This document shows, piece by piece, positions 27,227 to 39,162 of a stretch of DNA of 64,000 nucleotides (the stretch's first letter is position 1; every line of letters starts with the position of its first letter). The stretch is taken from the NCBI GenBank assembly GCA_004022145.1, contig RCNU01000026.1. One strand, 5' to 3'. A program made the position numbers and the translations under genes. The stretch is from Paecilomyces variotii. Its lineage: Eukaryota. The notes beneath the pieces are model-generated. The model saw nothing but the letters and a program-made list of their open reading frames with translations, was not told where the DNA came from and did no database searches.

Positions 27227-28918
27227 ATTTAGCCGGTTCTTGTTGTTTCGCTCGGTATTATTCTGTGGCATTCACCCCTCTGTTTTCCTTCCCGATGGCA
27301 TGTAATCAATGACCCAATTCATTACCCCCATCCTCTTCTAAGCTGCTCTTAAGGTGGAGGGGACGGACCCTTCGTCGCCTATAGAAACAACATACAGAGT
27401 ACTCTGCACGGAATAGATAGGGTTTGACCCTGACGGGGAACGCATGTTGTCCAAGTTAATAGATCAGACGAGGCACCACACACCTAGTTACCAACTGTTG
27501 GCTCGAGCTGGCCGATCCTAAAGAACCGGGACTATCGATGTACGGCACGTGCCAATGGCTTTCATTTAGAGCCATCCACAAGGATATGCATTATTGTCTC
27601 CGTATTGGAAGCTATATCGAAAAAGACGGGGTCCTTTGGGATGTATTATTATTGCGGCACAGCATCAGCGTGTGTTAAGCTTTTGGGCCGACAAAACGTG
27701 GGCCCATTCATCCTCGTATAACATGGCATGAGGCAGGGCGGATATTAATTTTTGGATCGGAGAAGGTCGGGACTCGGAGGACGTTTTCTGGGCAAGACTA
27801 CTATCCCTGCAGGCGTGCAGACTGGTTGATGGTATTGCTTCTTTGGACTTGGTTATCCTGCAACTTGGCATAGGAGCAGTTTGCTGTTAGGGCTCTCTGG
27901 GGCTTTGGTGAGCAGTCATTGGGCATCCTCAGTTTAGACCTCGCATTAGTTGGTTAGTTAGCAAATTGGTTTATTTTTTTAAGCGGGCTAAACGGATTGT
28001 GGATTCCGGCCGGCGTTTCTAGTGAATTTATTCTAGTACTGAAGTAGATTCAATTAGACGCGCCGCTGAACATCACGAACGCCACCCGGCCGGGTTCACG
28101 AGCTGGCCTACCGTCAGAAGCTTAAAGCTACAGCAGGCATAAGAGCGCTATACGGAGTAGTAGATGAAGGTATCGTGCCCCTGGCAGAAACTTCTTCCGA
28201 GGCTACTCTTGTCAGCCCCTATACTAGTCTGTTTCGATCCTTAGTCTGAAGAAATATGTTTACCCAATTTCGTGAAGAATAGCTAGGTAGTCTATCTGGT
28301 TCAAATCTACACGAAATGCTGCCTGTGGAAGGGGAGAAGCAAGAAGCGCATAGTAGATCAATACGGCCGAAGTCTTCCACTCTATCGATTAACATTAATG
28401 TTATCACTAAACGGCATGATTTGCAGAGAGATTGAAGAGAAGGTTTATTTGACACATCCGCATACCCTGGCTTGACTGTTGCACAGGTGGAGATCAAACC
28501 CGGCGAACGCTGTTGAAAAGTTAACCTTGATGGACGAGCTAACAAGGTATCGGACGGTATTCCTTCTTTGGTGCATAAACTAGTTTATCACTGTCAGGAT
28601 ATCTTCACGCTTGTTTAGAGTAACGCCACTCGAGGCCAATATGCATTGGAGCAGTTATAGCACGACGATATCCTGGACGTTGAAATTTTTGGCAGTTCAA
28701 GACCATGCCGATCCGTCTCCGAGGGGTGGTACATGTGTTGAACAGTTAGCGTGAATTCTTGTGCAGAAGGAAATTCGCTCTCCCTCGTGGTCTAAACAAT
28801 TTCTTTCTCTGACTTCTGAAGCCTCCCCCTGTGCACAAGTCTCGAGGCTTTACCGGTGTCTCGCCAATCCTCACTTTGCTTCTGTATTCTATCAATTGTG
28901 TCGGTACTTGAACAAAAC

Positions 28919-30869
28919 ATGGGGTCTTCACCGGGAAGCAAAGTTTACCGCAATGCCATCCTGGCTGGTAGTTTGGGGTTTATCACCTTCGGTTGGGATG
29001 CCGGTGTGTTGGGTGGTATCCTGTTAACACCGGAGTTTCAGAACACCATTGGTGTAGGTTTTCTCTGACTGAGATGACTTGGTGTTTGGAAGTAGCTTAC
29101 CCTCGCTATTGACAAGAACCCAACCAATACCTACAAACTGTCCATGATCACGTCCAGCTTCCTGCTGGCATCATGGCTGGGATGTATGATCATCTCCGCC
29201 TTCGGTCTGCGCCTAGGTCGACGAACATGGATTCTGGCGTCAAATGTCATCGAGATTATCGGAACCATTATCTCGGCCTCTTCATACAGTTATGGCCAGC
29301 TTGGTATGTTAACCCCGAGAAGTCATTACTCATAGCGCAACATGTATTAATATATGAGTAGTTGCGGGCCGAGTCATCATTGTAAGCATGACACGAAGGC
29401 AAGAATCTATCCAAGGAAAACATGACGGCTTATTATTCTCAGGGTGTCGGAAATGGCATCATGACCTCTATGATCCCCGTATACGTTGCGGAGATGGCGA
29501 CTGAGACCCGCTACCGCGGAAAGGGTGTCAATGCAATGATTGCTGCGGCTTCCCTTGGTGTTGCCCTTGCATACTGGATGTAAGTTCTATCTGTCAATCT
29601 CCCTGCTTGATCTGATAAGTCATCTAACCTTGCAACAGCGACTTTGGAATGACCTTTGCCACGTCTCAGGCTGTCTGGCGCTTCCCGGTTGCATTCCAGA
29701 TCTTCTGGTCCCTTTGTGGTATTAGCCTGCTTTGGACTCTCCCTGAGAGTCCTCGTTACTGTTTTGCTACTGGCGATGATGCCAAGGGCGATCAGATCCT
29801 GGAGCGTCTTTACGGGGCGCCCGTCACAGAATCTCGCGTCACAAAGGCAAAGAGGGATATTCTTGCTTCATTAGCTCTCGAGAACGCCGACACTGCCAGT
29901 CTACGCGTCAAGGACTTTTTCTGGGATACCTCAGACATACAGGCAGCTCGTCGTATCCGTACCGGTATGATTCTGGTCGGAGTTGCTTATTTGATGGGTG
30001 TAGATATGATCTTTTATTATACCACAACTATCTTCCGGGTACGTTAGTCTGATTCCATTGATTTAAGAAGTGATGCTGAGTACCAGACAGGTGTACATCG
30101 GTCTTCCTTCCATCACAGCGTCTGCGCTCGCGGCCTTTGCGAACACGGTCCTTGCCATCACCAATTACCTCGGTGTCTTCTACATGGAGAAACTGGGACG
30201 CCGAACGTGGTTGATTGCTGGTGCTATCGGGCAGACTATTTTCATGGCAGCCTTCATCGGTCTGCTCTCTCATCCCGGTCCGCAGACGGGCGCTGCAGCT
30301 GCGGCCATGCTGTTCTGCTGGATCGCTGTCTTTGGTCCTACATGGGGTCCAGTGACGGTACGGATGAGGATTTATGTCTGCTATATTTCGCACACGCTAA
30401 CTAGTTGTTCTGTGTAGTACGTCTATGCGTCCGAAATCATGCCTCTTCGCTACCGCCACATCGGATTCGCGCTCAGTGTTTCGTGCCAGTGGCTGATGGC
30501 TTTTTTGACCGTCTTCGCTGGTCCGATCGCAATCGCCGATCCCAGTGTCGGTTTCAAAGCCTGGATCTGGTTCCTCGTTTTTAACTTCATCGCTATCCCA
30601 TTTGGTGAGTAGCTCCCACTTCCATCTATATATGAACGTATTCTGATGATTAAATAGTCTACTTCGCCTGCCCTGAGACACGCGGCCACTCTCTCGAGGG
30701 CGTCGACCTCCTGTTCATGAAGGATACTATCCAGGATAAGGAACAGGTGCAGACCCTGCGAGCCGACGAGGCACGTAGCTCTTCCTCGGATGAGGAGAAT
30801 AGTGCCAATGCGTCCAAGCAGCCTGTCACTACTTCCATTACAACAGATACCCCCACTGAGAAGGCATAA
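28919..30869 (+). CDS. MFS sugar porter family transporter (multi-exon, includes a 20-nt microexon at 29362-29381)
   Basis: FGWDAGVLGG; RLGRR; AGRVIIGVGNG; PVYVAEMA; WRFPVAFQ; PESPRY; EKLGRR; YASEIMPLRYR; PETRGHSLE. Confidence 0.9.
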
Positions 30870-31071
30870 GAAGAAAAAGGCATACCCTTTTGCGTTGCAA
30901 TTATCCTCCGGATGGGGACTTACCTGCCCTCTTAGCGAACATCGTTCTGAGATGATAAGAACATAGCAATCCTGTCTTATGTAGTTTCCTCATTGATGGT
31001 CTGACGGAAGGATGGATGATAGATAAGGCAAGATGTTTCTAATGTTTCTCTAATCGTATTTAGTAATAAGA

Positions 31072-31099
31072 TTTTTTTTTCTACTTTTTTTTTTTTTTT
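31072..31099. repeat. Poly-T tracts (T9 and T15)
   Basis: Read directly at 31072-31080 and 31085-31099. Confidence 0.9.
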
Positions 31100-31257
31100 A
31101 TTTTGACTCTATATATGGCGTCGTCGTTGTTAAACTCTGACGAAGAGGAACCAAGAAAGGCCCGATATGCAACCAGTAGCTTAGCATAACCACGTTGTGG
31201 AATCATGTTGCTGTTCATGATCCATAATAGGGGCGCAAATGTCGTAAATCCGACTAC

Positions 31258-31500
31258 CTAATTCCGACAGTTTTGAGATTTCTTTTCCTCGGTTGCAGAG
31301 TCTGAGCCCGCGCGAAGACTGATCTCAACTAATATTATGGCGAGGCTTTTCATATAGTTCAATTTACTCGTATCCCACGGACCAAATTCGTGCATGATCA
31401 TGTATGCCTCCGGGGCAGAGCTGTCTTCCAAAAGGATATTATCATCCCTATATTCGAAAATCACGATATATATTCCGTGTCGGTCTTGGGACATCCGTTT
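31258..31500 (-). pseudogene. C-terminal fragment of a fungal hypothetical-protein gene (SQDRHxIY..MHEFGPWD type)
   Basis: SQDRHGIYIVIFEY..YMIMHEFGPWDT..LAIILVEISL resembles the end of a family remembered from Eurotiales genomes. Upstream sequence is AT-rich with stops and no N-terminal part is recognisable. Confidence 0.5.
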
Positions 31501-31922
31501 TCAGTTTCAACAATCGAAAAAGGACGTCACCGTATCCTGGAGCTTCCATGGCAATGTTAACAGTTAACAATATCCTTCCTGCCGTGATAAATCAAGGCCA
31601 ATGTCGACTTAGGGATATTGTTAGTATCTTCAGCCCACCAGCTGTAATAAGATAATAGGATTCCCATAATATATTATTGGAAAGGATACTCATTGCCTTC
31701 GCTTTTCAGTAACTCAAGTCAAATTTTTCTCTATAGCCAACACTTCTGCCCTGTATGAACAATAAACAACGTATTTATACTGCATCATTGGGTAAGGTCG
31801 CACCGCCTAAGTAGCAATGCAAAAAGGTTTATACAAAGCAGAATGCTCTTTCATCCCTACAAAAACAATGAGATGCCACCTCGGCTTCATCTCTGCAGAC
31901 AATCCGGAGCCCCCGACACAGC

Positions 31923-33076
31923 TCAGGACATTTCATGGTCGCTGTCATGGTCCCTCGAGGACCCAGATTGGTAACGCCAGTACGGCGTTCCATGATCGCT
32001 CCTGTCGATAATTCGCCGAACTGGCCCCTTAACCGAACATCTGGGTGTCGATTCTGATGCGGCCTGGAGGATCTGACACAGGTGTGTCCAGACTTGGTCG
32101 TCTCGACGGTCCCTGGTCTTCTCGACGGTCCCTGGTCTTTTCCCACTGCAGGTCGCACGTCGACCACTGAAGTAAATTAGTTAACAGTACAAGTTAAAAA
32201 GTCGAATTGGAAATCTTACCCTCTCGTGGTTATCAATCCGAAGGAAGGTATAATAAAAACCATCTGAACAGCATCCAAAAACGACACTGTTCAAAAGCCC
32301 TTCTTTCTTACAGATCTCGCGTACCATGGCTTTAATGCATAATTGGAGAGATTTGATTCGAAGAAGAATAGGAAACCATGGAGAAAAATAGCTTACCTAT
32401 ATAAGTGAGGCACTGTGGAAGTCCCTCTAACTGGGAGTACCGCTTCTTGGCCTCCAATATGACTAAATTGGTACTCATAGTCTGATCCGAGTACTAAATG
32501 TTATAATCCGACCAGCCATTCAGACGCCTCTTTTCTCCGCGGAAGTAGATATCAAGTTGCAGGTTATTCTCTACATTCAGTTTGACCAGCGCTTTATCGT
32601 CAATCTTTGACCAAGCTCGGGCTTGTTCTCTATCGACGCTCTTAATGATAATCTCGTTGATTCGTAATCGACAGAGAGCCTCAGTCATAGCATTCTCCCC
32701 TAATATACGCGAGGGTTTTGCTACCCTTTCATCTATATTTCCTTAGAACCTATAAGAAAGTCCGAAAAAATGAAGCTAGTACAATAGAAAGAGAACATAC
32801 TTACGAAGACAATCTGGAACAGACTCGATTTTATCAAGTTCCTATATATCCATTCTCGAATCCTTTTGAGAGATTGAAAATCTTTTCAATCTCTGGTACT
32901 GTTAGCTGGGGAGTTGCAGGTCCTGTAAACCCTGAGGCAGCCAGGCTGACGTCGGCTTGTTCAGCGGGATCTGGATTGCCTTTGGTAGTTAATTATATCT
33001 TGATCTTGATCGTCTCGAGTATGTTCTTGCTGTTGATCTAGTTGACTGTGTCCTAAACCCTAATAGTTTAGAGCAT
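31923..33076 (-). pseudogene. Inactivated gene for a restriction-endonuclease-like (PD-(D/E)xK-like) protein
   Basis: Spliced reading: LTVPEIEKIFNL..EALCRLRINEII..LNGWSDYNI*Y..TNLVILEAKKR..GLPQCLTYI..NSVVFGCCSDGFYYTFLRIDN..QVWTHLCQILQAASESTP. Several in-frame TAA/TAG stops and a 19-bp frameshifting duplication. Confidence 0.7.
32101..32138. repeat. Perfect 19-bp tandem duplication (TCTCGACGGTCCCTGGTCT x2)
   Basis: Read directly at 32101-32119 and 32120-32138. Confidence 0.95.
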
Positions 33077-33597
33077 GGTCGAGAGACGTTGTCGTGTAAA
33101 TTCCAGGCCCAAATTCATTATTGTTGTTGGACGAGGTCATCAGAGATATGAACAAATGCGTGGATAAGAACAAAGCATCTATAGACAGCGCTCGGTGGAG
33201 CAGATTACTTAGGCCCTAAAGCGCAAGTAAAAAACCACGCTCAATATCTCGCGCCAGTCGGGCGCTATTCTTGGTCCGGGAGACTCGAGTAGAATAATTA
33301 ACTTGTAGAGGGATATCGGGAAAAGCTGGTGGCGGAAGTCGACTGCACGACTAGACCAAAAAGGAGAACTCCTTAGAGGTCTGGCTCCTAGGTCTGATAG
33401 CTCTCGTAGACTGTAAGACGAAAGAGAACCAGTTGAGTACAATCGATGGTATCTGCCTCAAGGACTCGCGCTCGGCGCTACATCAAAGACGGTCTAGTTC
33501 TCCGCGCCAAAGATTGAAGCTCGGGAGAAAAGCAATGGGACTGACGACATTCACTTGTTAGCCATTCACGCAGCTCTTCCAATTCCTCCCCGCCTCG

Positions 33598-34705
33598 ATG
33601 GCTGGAACTAAAAGATCCAGAGACGGCCAGGTCATCAGCCACGAAACAAAATCGATCGCCATGGCAAACAGCAACAAGGTAGAGACTGTCGTCGCAGAAC
33701 CATCGACCCCGCTGCAGTCGATATTCGAGAACTTTCGCAACGAGCTGGATGAGCATCATGATAGACGCGAGAGGGTCATAAAAACGTCGCGGGATATTAC
33801 TGCGTTGAGTAAGAAGATGTATGTTATGTTCTTTCTATCTGGTGTATTGAAGTCATGCTAATGTTTTCCCATGCAGTATCTTTTCCCTCCAGAGGTTAGT
33901 AGAGCTATATCCATGGCATCCGGGATAGTTCACTGTAGCTTGTCTATGGACACCGGAGCAAGACTGACTTTCCTCCTGCAGACTTCGCAGCATAAACGCC
34001 CCCATCCCTCCATCCATCGCTAAAGAAAACAAGACCCGCTTCGACCAGATCATCGAACTCTTCCGTACCATCGTGCCCGACGTGTCCGGGATAAACGCCT
34101 GGCGATACCAGCGACAGATCAGCGGCGGAATTCAGGAATTCATCGAAGCTGTATCCTTCCAGCACTATGTGCAGACGGAGACGCTGATCTCACGAGATGA
34201 AGTGGCCGCCCAGCTCCCGTCGGAAATCTTGGTCACAGAAGAAGATTACCTGATGGGGTTATTTGACCTAACAGGAGAGATCATGCGGTTTGCAGTCACG
34301 ACCTTGTCAACTGGAGGCGTGCAGAAGCAACAGAAACAAAAACCAACTTCCGACGCCGACCAACCCATATCAAATGTGGATGGCGCAGCTGAGTCCAAAT
34401 CCTCTGAGGAAAGCCGATCCACAACTACAACCACGGTAACAACCACTCAAGAAATCCCAATCCTCCCCGCCCAGCAGGCCAATATCGTCGTCGACCTACG
34501 CGAGATCCGCTCGCTGTTCGAATCGCTCAACGTGCCGCGTCGGCACAACATGCTGCGCGACATGTACAAGAAAGTGGAAGTGATGCAGAACAGCGTGGAG
34601 AAAGTCGAGCGCGCTGCCTATGGAATCCTCGTACGTGGCAGCGAGAAGCCTAAGGGATGGGTGCCTGATCTGTCAGGCGGTGCGACTGAGGTGGAGAGTT
34701 TCTAG
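33598..34705 (+). CDS. TSNAX: Translin-associated factor X (TRAX; C3PO subunit)
   Basis: FRNELDEHHDRRERVIKTSRDITALSKK|IFSLQR (18-nt microexon 33877-33894); GIQEFIEAVSF; DYLMGLFDLTGEIMR; SVEKVERAAY..VRGSE. Confidence 0.92.
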
Positions 34706-35286
34706 AATGGATTATTTTGAAACGGAATGCTCGTATTCCTGTCGAGTGGATATTATGCTAGTATTTTTTCAGGGAGTATGGATGACATGATTATGGATGA
34801 TTTCACAACCAAAAGGTAGGAGGGCTCATTAATGAATGATGGCGGCAAGGGAAAGTGAGGGAGTGATGAAAATGAACGCCAGGATTGAAACTCAAATTCT
34901 GCCGTATACTGTTACCAATGCCATTGAAGGAATAATGAACATGACAGCCGCCTCAATACTGAGTTTGAATGAGCGGAATAATACTCGTATTCCAGAATCG
35001 AATGCCGTACAAGGATAGTATCAAACGAGAGACAAATCCTGCCAATCTGCCCTACCTATACGTATACAGCGACTCGTAACTGCTGTCGGTTATAGCATAG
35101 CAGCACAGGGGAGGAACAATAGCCAACTTCCAGGAAGGGGAAAAGAAAAAGGGCACAGAAGACAGCAGACGGAAGACTCAAGACTTCTGTAAAACACCAT
35201 TATACCCCTGCAAACGCCCGCTCTATACTATCAGATTTCATCCACGTTCTATTTGGGATGATTGCCCAGCTTTTGCGGAGATACAG

Positions 35287-35945
35287 TTACTCCTTTGGGC
35301 TTCTTGGGTCGTCGCTCTCGTCCAGGATGCCCTGCTCGATCAGCTGCTGCGGCTGTGGGCGATTCTGGATCTTGTGCTCGAGGTTGTCTGCCAGCATGTT
35401 GCGTTCCAGTTCGCGGGCGTGGGCCTGCAGTGCGGGGGCCGTATTGGTAGCGGGGAGGATGTTGCCTACAAAGGAAAACGTGAAGATTAGTATCTGCGTT
35501 ATTGTATTGATAACAGTAGTACAAAGCAAAGAACAAAGTCAATAATCACAAAGGAATCAACAGAATGTGGAATCAACATACGCTCGATCAATTCCTCCCT
35601 CTCCGGACGACGCTCCAGCTGCTTCTTGAGACTATCGGACCTGCGCTGGCGGGCAAATTCCTGTTGGACGGCCTGGATGGATCTAATTGATCGCGCCGCG
35701 GGTCAGCAAAAGAACCAAGTGACTCGCTATGTTGTTGCAAGTGTCCAAGTACCGGATCCGATGTAAGCCGGACCAAGCGGGGGTGGAGAGCACAGTACTT
35801 ACGGGGCAACGCTGGTGTCCAGCAGGATATGGCGTTCCTTCAGATCCTGCTGGTCCGGACGAGATTGCAGGTGTTTTTCGAGGGAGTTTCTGCGCTCGAG
35901 AGGGGCCGCGCAGATGGAGGTTTCGTCAACGTTGGGGTGGACCAT
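35287..35945 (-). CDS. RPEL-repeat protein, 140 aa, 3 exons
   Basis: Exons 35945-35803, 35682-35582 and 35465-35287 give LEKHLQSRPDQQDLKERHIL, LKKQLERRPEREELIERNIL and LEHKIQNRPQPQQLIEQGIL. Confidence 0.88.
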
Positions 35946-37035
35946 TGTGGCGGTCTGGCGGGGAGAAGTATAGTATACGATAAGATAGAGTGAGGAGAGG
36001 CCGTTGTCTGGTATTATTGACGGATAGAATAGATGGGAGCTACAGTTCTCCCAGCAAGTGAGTGGAATAATCAGCGGCTAATATAGACAGCCACGACGAA
36101 ACAGGCGTCTCCTGATGGCTTGATCAACTAAACATGAAACGGAGAGGAAATGAGTTTGCGGGGATCAAGTGATTCCAAGTGATGCGCGCGACTCTGTTGA
36201 TGAGCGGGTCAGGGCGGGGCAACAGCCGCATGCGGTCACGGCATCATGACTTTATACTTCAGACGACCACATCACTGCTACTGTTGCTCTCTACAGATGC
36301 TATAACGCATAGTAAAAGACCGCCAACTAAGAAGAATCTAATGAGCGTGTATTCAATAATGAGCTGTCGCCTATGCGCAGACAAGTACTGGACGTAGTGG
36401 ACATGCCATCAACTGCCTAAATAAACCAATGTCTCACCATCCACCCCCACACCGCAACTGAACAATCTGTGAATATGACCCGTGGGTGCCAACACGCCTC
36501 ACCATGGGGTTTTGCTTTTTATCGGATTTGCAACTGCAACATTATATGTCTGTTGAAAGCGAGATGTAGCATCAGAACAACTCACCCGGCCGAGAACCAG
36601 CAAAGGAGCCCGCCAGACAACGCCCAGTGACACCGAGCAAAGTGTCGATGCCCACGTGCCAACCAGACAAGAGAGAAAAAGGGACAGTCCTGCGCCATAT
36701 GCAGAGGGCGACCACTGTGACCGGCCTGAAAACACCCGTTGGTTTCTTCTCTAGATCCATGCTATCCTGGCAGCGTAAAACAACAGAGCATTTCCGCTGG
36801 CGAGAAATCAGGATAGGACCAACGCGATATCTTGCCATGTCTGTGCTGTCATCCCATATCCGTGCGCCCGTCTTCTCGACCGTTGGGATCTATCATCGTG
36901 TCAGGTTTTGCGTCAGTCCGACCGTGCTGAAATCCAAAGGTGAAGCGGGCTCGGTTTTCATGCGACCATGTTGGAAGTGATAGAAATTCAATTTCCCGTC
37001 CGTTGACTTGGTATCAACGGATTCCCTCCCTGAAA

Positions 37036-38348
37036 TCAAGGAACCCACAGCTTTCCACGGCCACGGCTGCTGCCTCGCGTCTGACCCCGGGGGGCACCAC
37101 GACGGCCGTTGGCAATGCGACGGGATGCTCCGGCCAGGCCGCGCGCAGCTCCAGCCTGCGAACTGAGGTCAACGGCAGGCTGCTTGGTGCTGGGCCCGAG
37201 TGACCGGCTGAAGGAGTTCGGGTCCATGGGTTCAGAGGGGATCTCGATGGTTGCCTCAAGCGGAGGGGGAACTGCCTTTGGCGCAGAAGGCTTGCGGCTG
37301 TTATTGCTCGCCCGCGAGCTTCCACCCCTGCTCGCTCCCTTGCCGCGACCACGGGGAACGAAAACGAGCTCGTCCTCGTCACTTTCGTTCTCGTACGACA
37401 GCAGCGTCTTCGGCTCCGTTGCCTGGGTTTTCTCCACGTACTTGCAGCGGTTCTTGTATTCTTTCTCCTCATACTGAATGGCGGTCCGGAGCTGGTGGAT
37501 GTTCTTTGTGGCTATTCCGAACTTCTGCGCCCATGCCTGCGTAATGCGATCATTGGTAACTAGGATCAAGCTCCTAGACGCAGTGACAGCATCAGGGCTG
37601 TCATGCAAACGCCACAACAAGGCACTGAGAAGGGGTCGCAGCGCGAGAGGCACCGTAGAGCCGGTACCGTTGGAATCGGAACGCCTATGACCATTGTGCT
37701 TCGTAGACCCATCCACCCCATTGTGACCATTGCCGTACTCAGGACTAGTGCGCGAGCTTCGAGACGAAGATCGAGAGTCGCTGTGGGTACCAGTAGAAGT
37801 GATCGAGACGGCATCCGGTTCCTTCTTGAAGTTGAGCTTGCTGAGCAGCATTTGCGAGAGATCATTGCTGGGGATGTTGTCTTCGACTTTTTTCGTCTTT
37901 GGTGCTCTCTCCGGATCTTCTTGGGTTTCGATGACATTCTCGACCTCTTCCGCAGTCCCTTCCACATCGTCCTCAAATTCTGGCAACAGGAATTTTTCCG
38001 CTTCCGCCCAAGTCTCATACTGTTCCATCGGTCCCTGCAGGACAACCTTGTCTGCGGTAATGCTATCTTTGCCGGACGTAACACGATCGAGGAAACGGAC
38101 AGCCTCGCGCGCATTGATCGCAACTTGAGATCCAGCTCTCTTCAGCGCATGCAAACGTTCCAGAGCTGTAGTTTGAAGTTCCTGTCAGTAATCAGGTGAC
38201 GCCGCACCAGACAAGCAGTCAACCTACTGTAGAGAGGGACGACGAGAGTGATCGCTCCATTAGAAGTCCATTTCTTGATTTCACTAATATTGGTAGTCAA
38301 CGCCGTGTCATCGACGGCGCAGTGGAAGACCTTGCGGCCAGTCGCCAT
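37036..38348 (-). CDS. PIN-domain protein with an RG-rich C-terminus
   Basis: MATGRKVFHCAVDDTAL..ITLVVPLY|TLERLHALK..AREAVRFLD; LILVTND; C-terminal RGRGKG..RGRGKLWVP; one intron. Confidence 0.8.
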
Positions 38349-39162
38349 TGCGGCAGTGAGACGTTTTGACGGGCGGCAAGATCTTGATGTAAAAGAGCGC
38401 GGATTGCAGGAACCTGCACTATAAAGTAGAATCCGTGAAACTGACAGCTGAAACTGCATCCAGCAGATCCGTCAGCAGATGCCAACCAACAAGAAACTGG
38501 TCGAAGCAGGCGGAGATGGGAATGTGGGGGTTGTTGCTCAGCGGCGGAGAATGATGGAGAAGAGTCGGGGAAGACGAAAGGCGGGCTGCGGGTTACTCAC
38601 GGTCGAAGATGTGTTCGCACAGAGTCTCGGTTTTCAGCATCTTCATATGCCTCCAAGTCAGCCACCCAATAGAGCTGTGAATGAACAATGGCGGGTGTCG
38701 TGAATGCGCTCCGTTGCGGAGGATGACGAGAAGTCGAATCGAATGGCCGATCGACTCCGCGGGACGAAGCGAAGCCGGCGGGCAGTTCTGACTAAGCAGC
38801 TGGCAAGACGTGGGTCGATCACTTTATTTATTTATTTACTTCCTACAAGGTGCTTTGATAGAGGAAAATTATCCTTTGTCATCTCCTAGGTTTTCTCCTT
38901 TTCTCGTCATCGTCCGCGGAAGTTCCATCAATCCTTCGAGTCTTGCCTGTGTCGGAGTTGAGTACTCGCATCCGGAGGGACCTTGCTGGTACTAGGCGCA
39001 TCAGACGTCTTCTCTTCGTCGAAGATGAGCAGAGTAGATACGTTCAAGGGTAGTATCGGGAAATCGACAAAGAGGGAATCACGCGATTTAAAAGCAACAG
39101 TCTCCAATGAAAAAGCATGTCTCCATAACCGCTCCAAACAGCTTGATTATCGCCACCACAAA

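Noticed and set aside
1-33500. Starship or other large mobile element carrying the accessory genes
   Set aside because: No DUF3435 tyrosine recombinase, transposase, reverse transcriptase, LTR or terminal inverted repeat was recognised. An element starting outside the window cannot be excluded.
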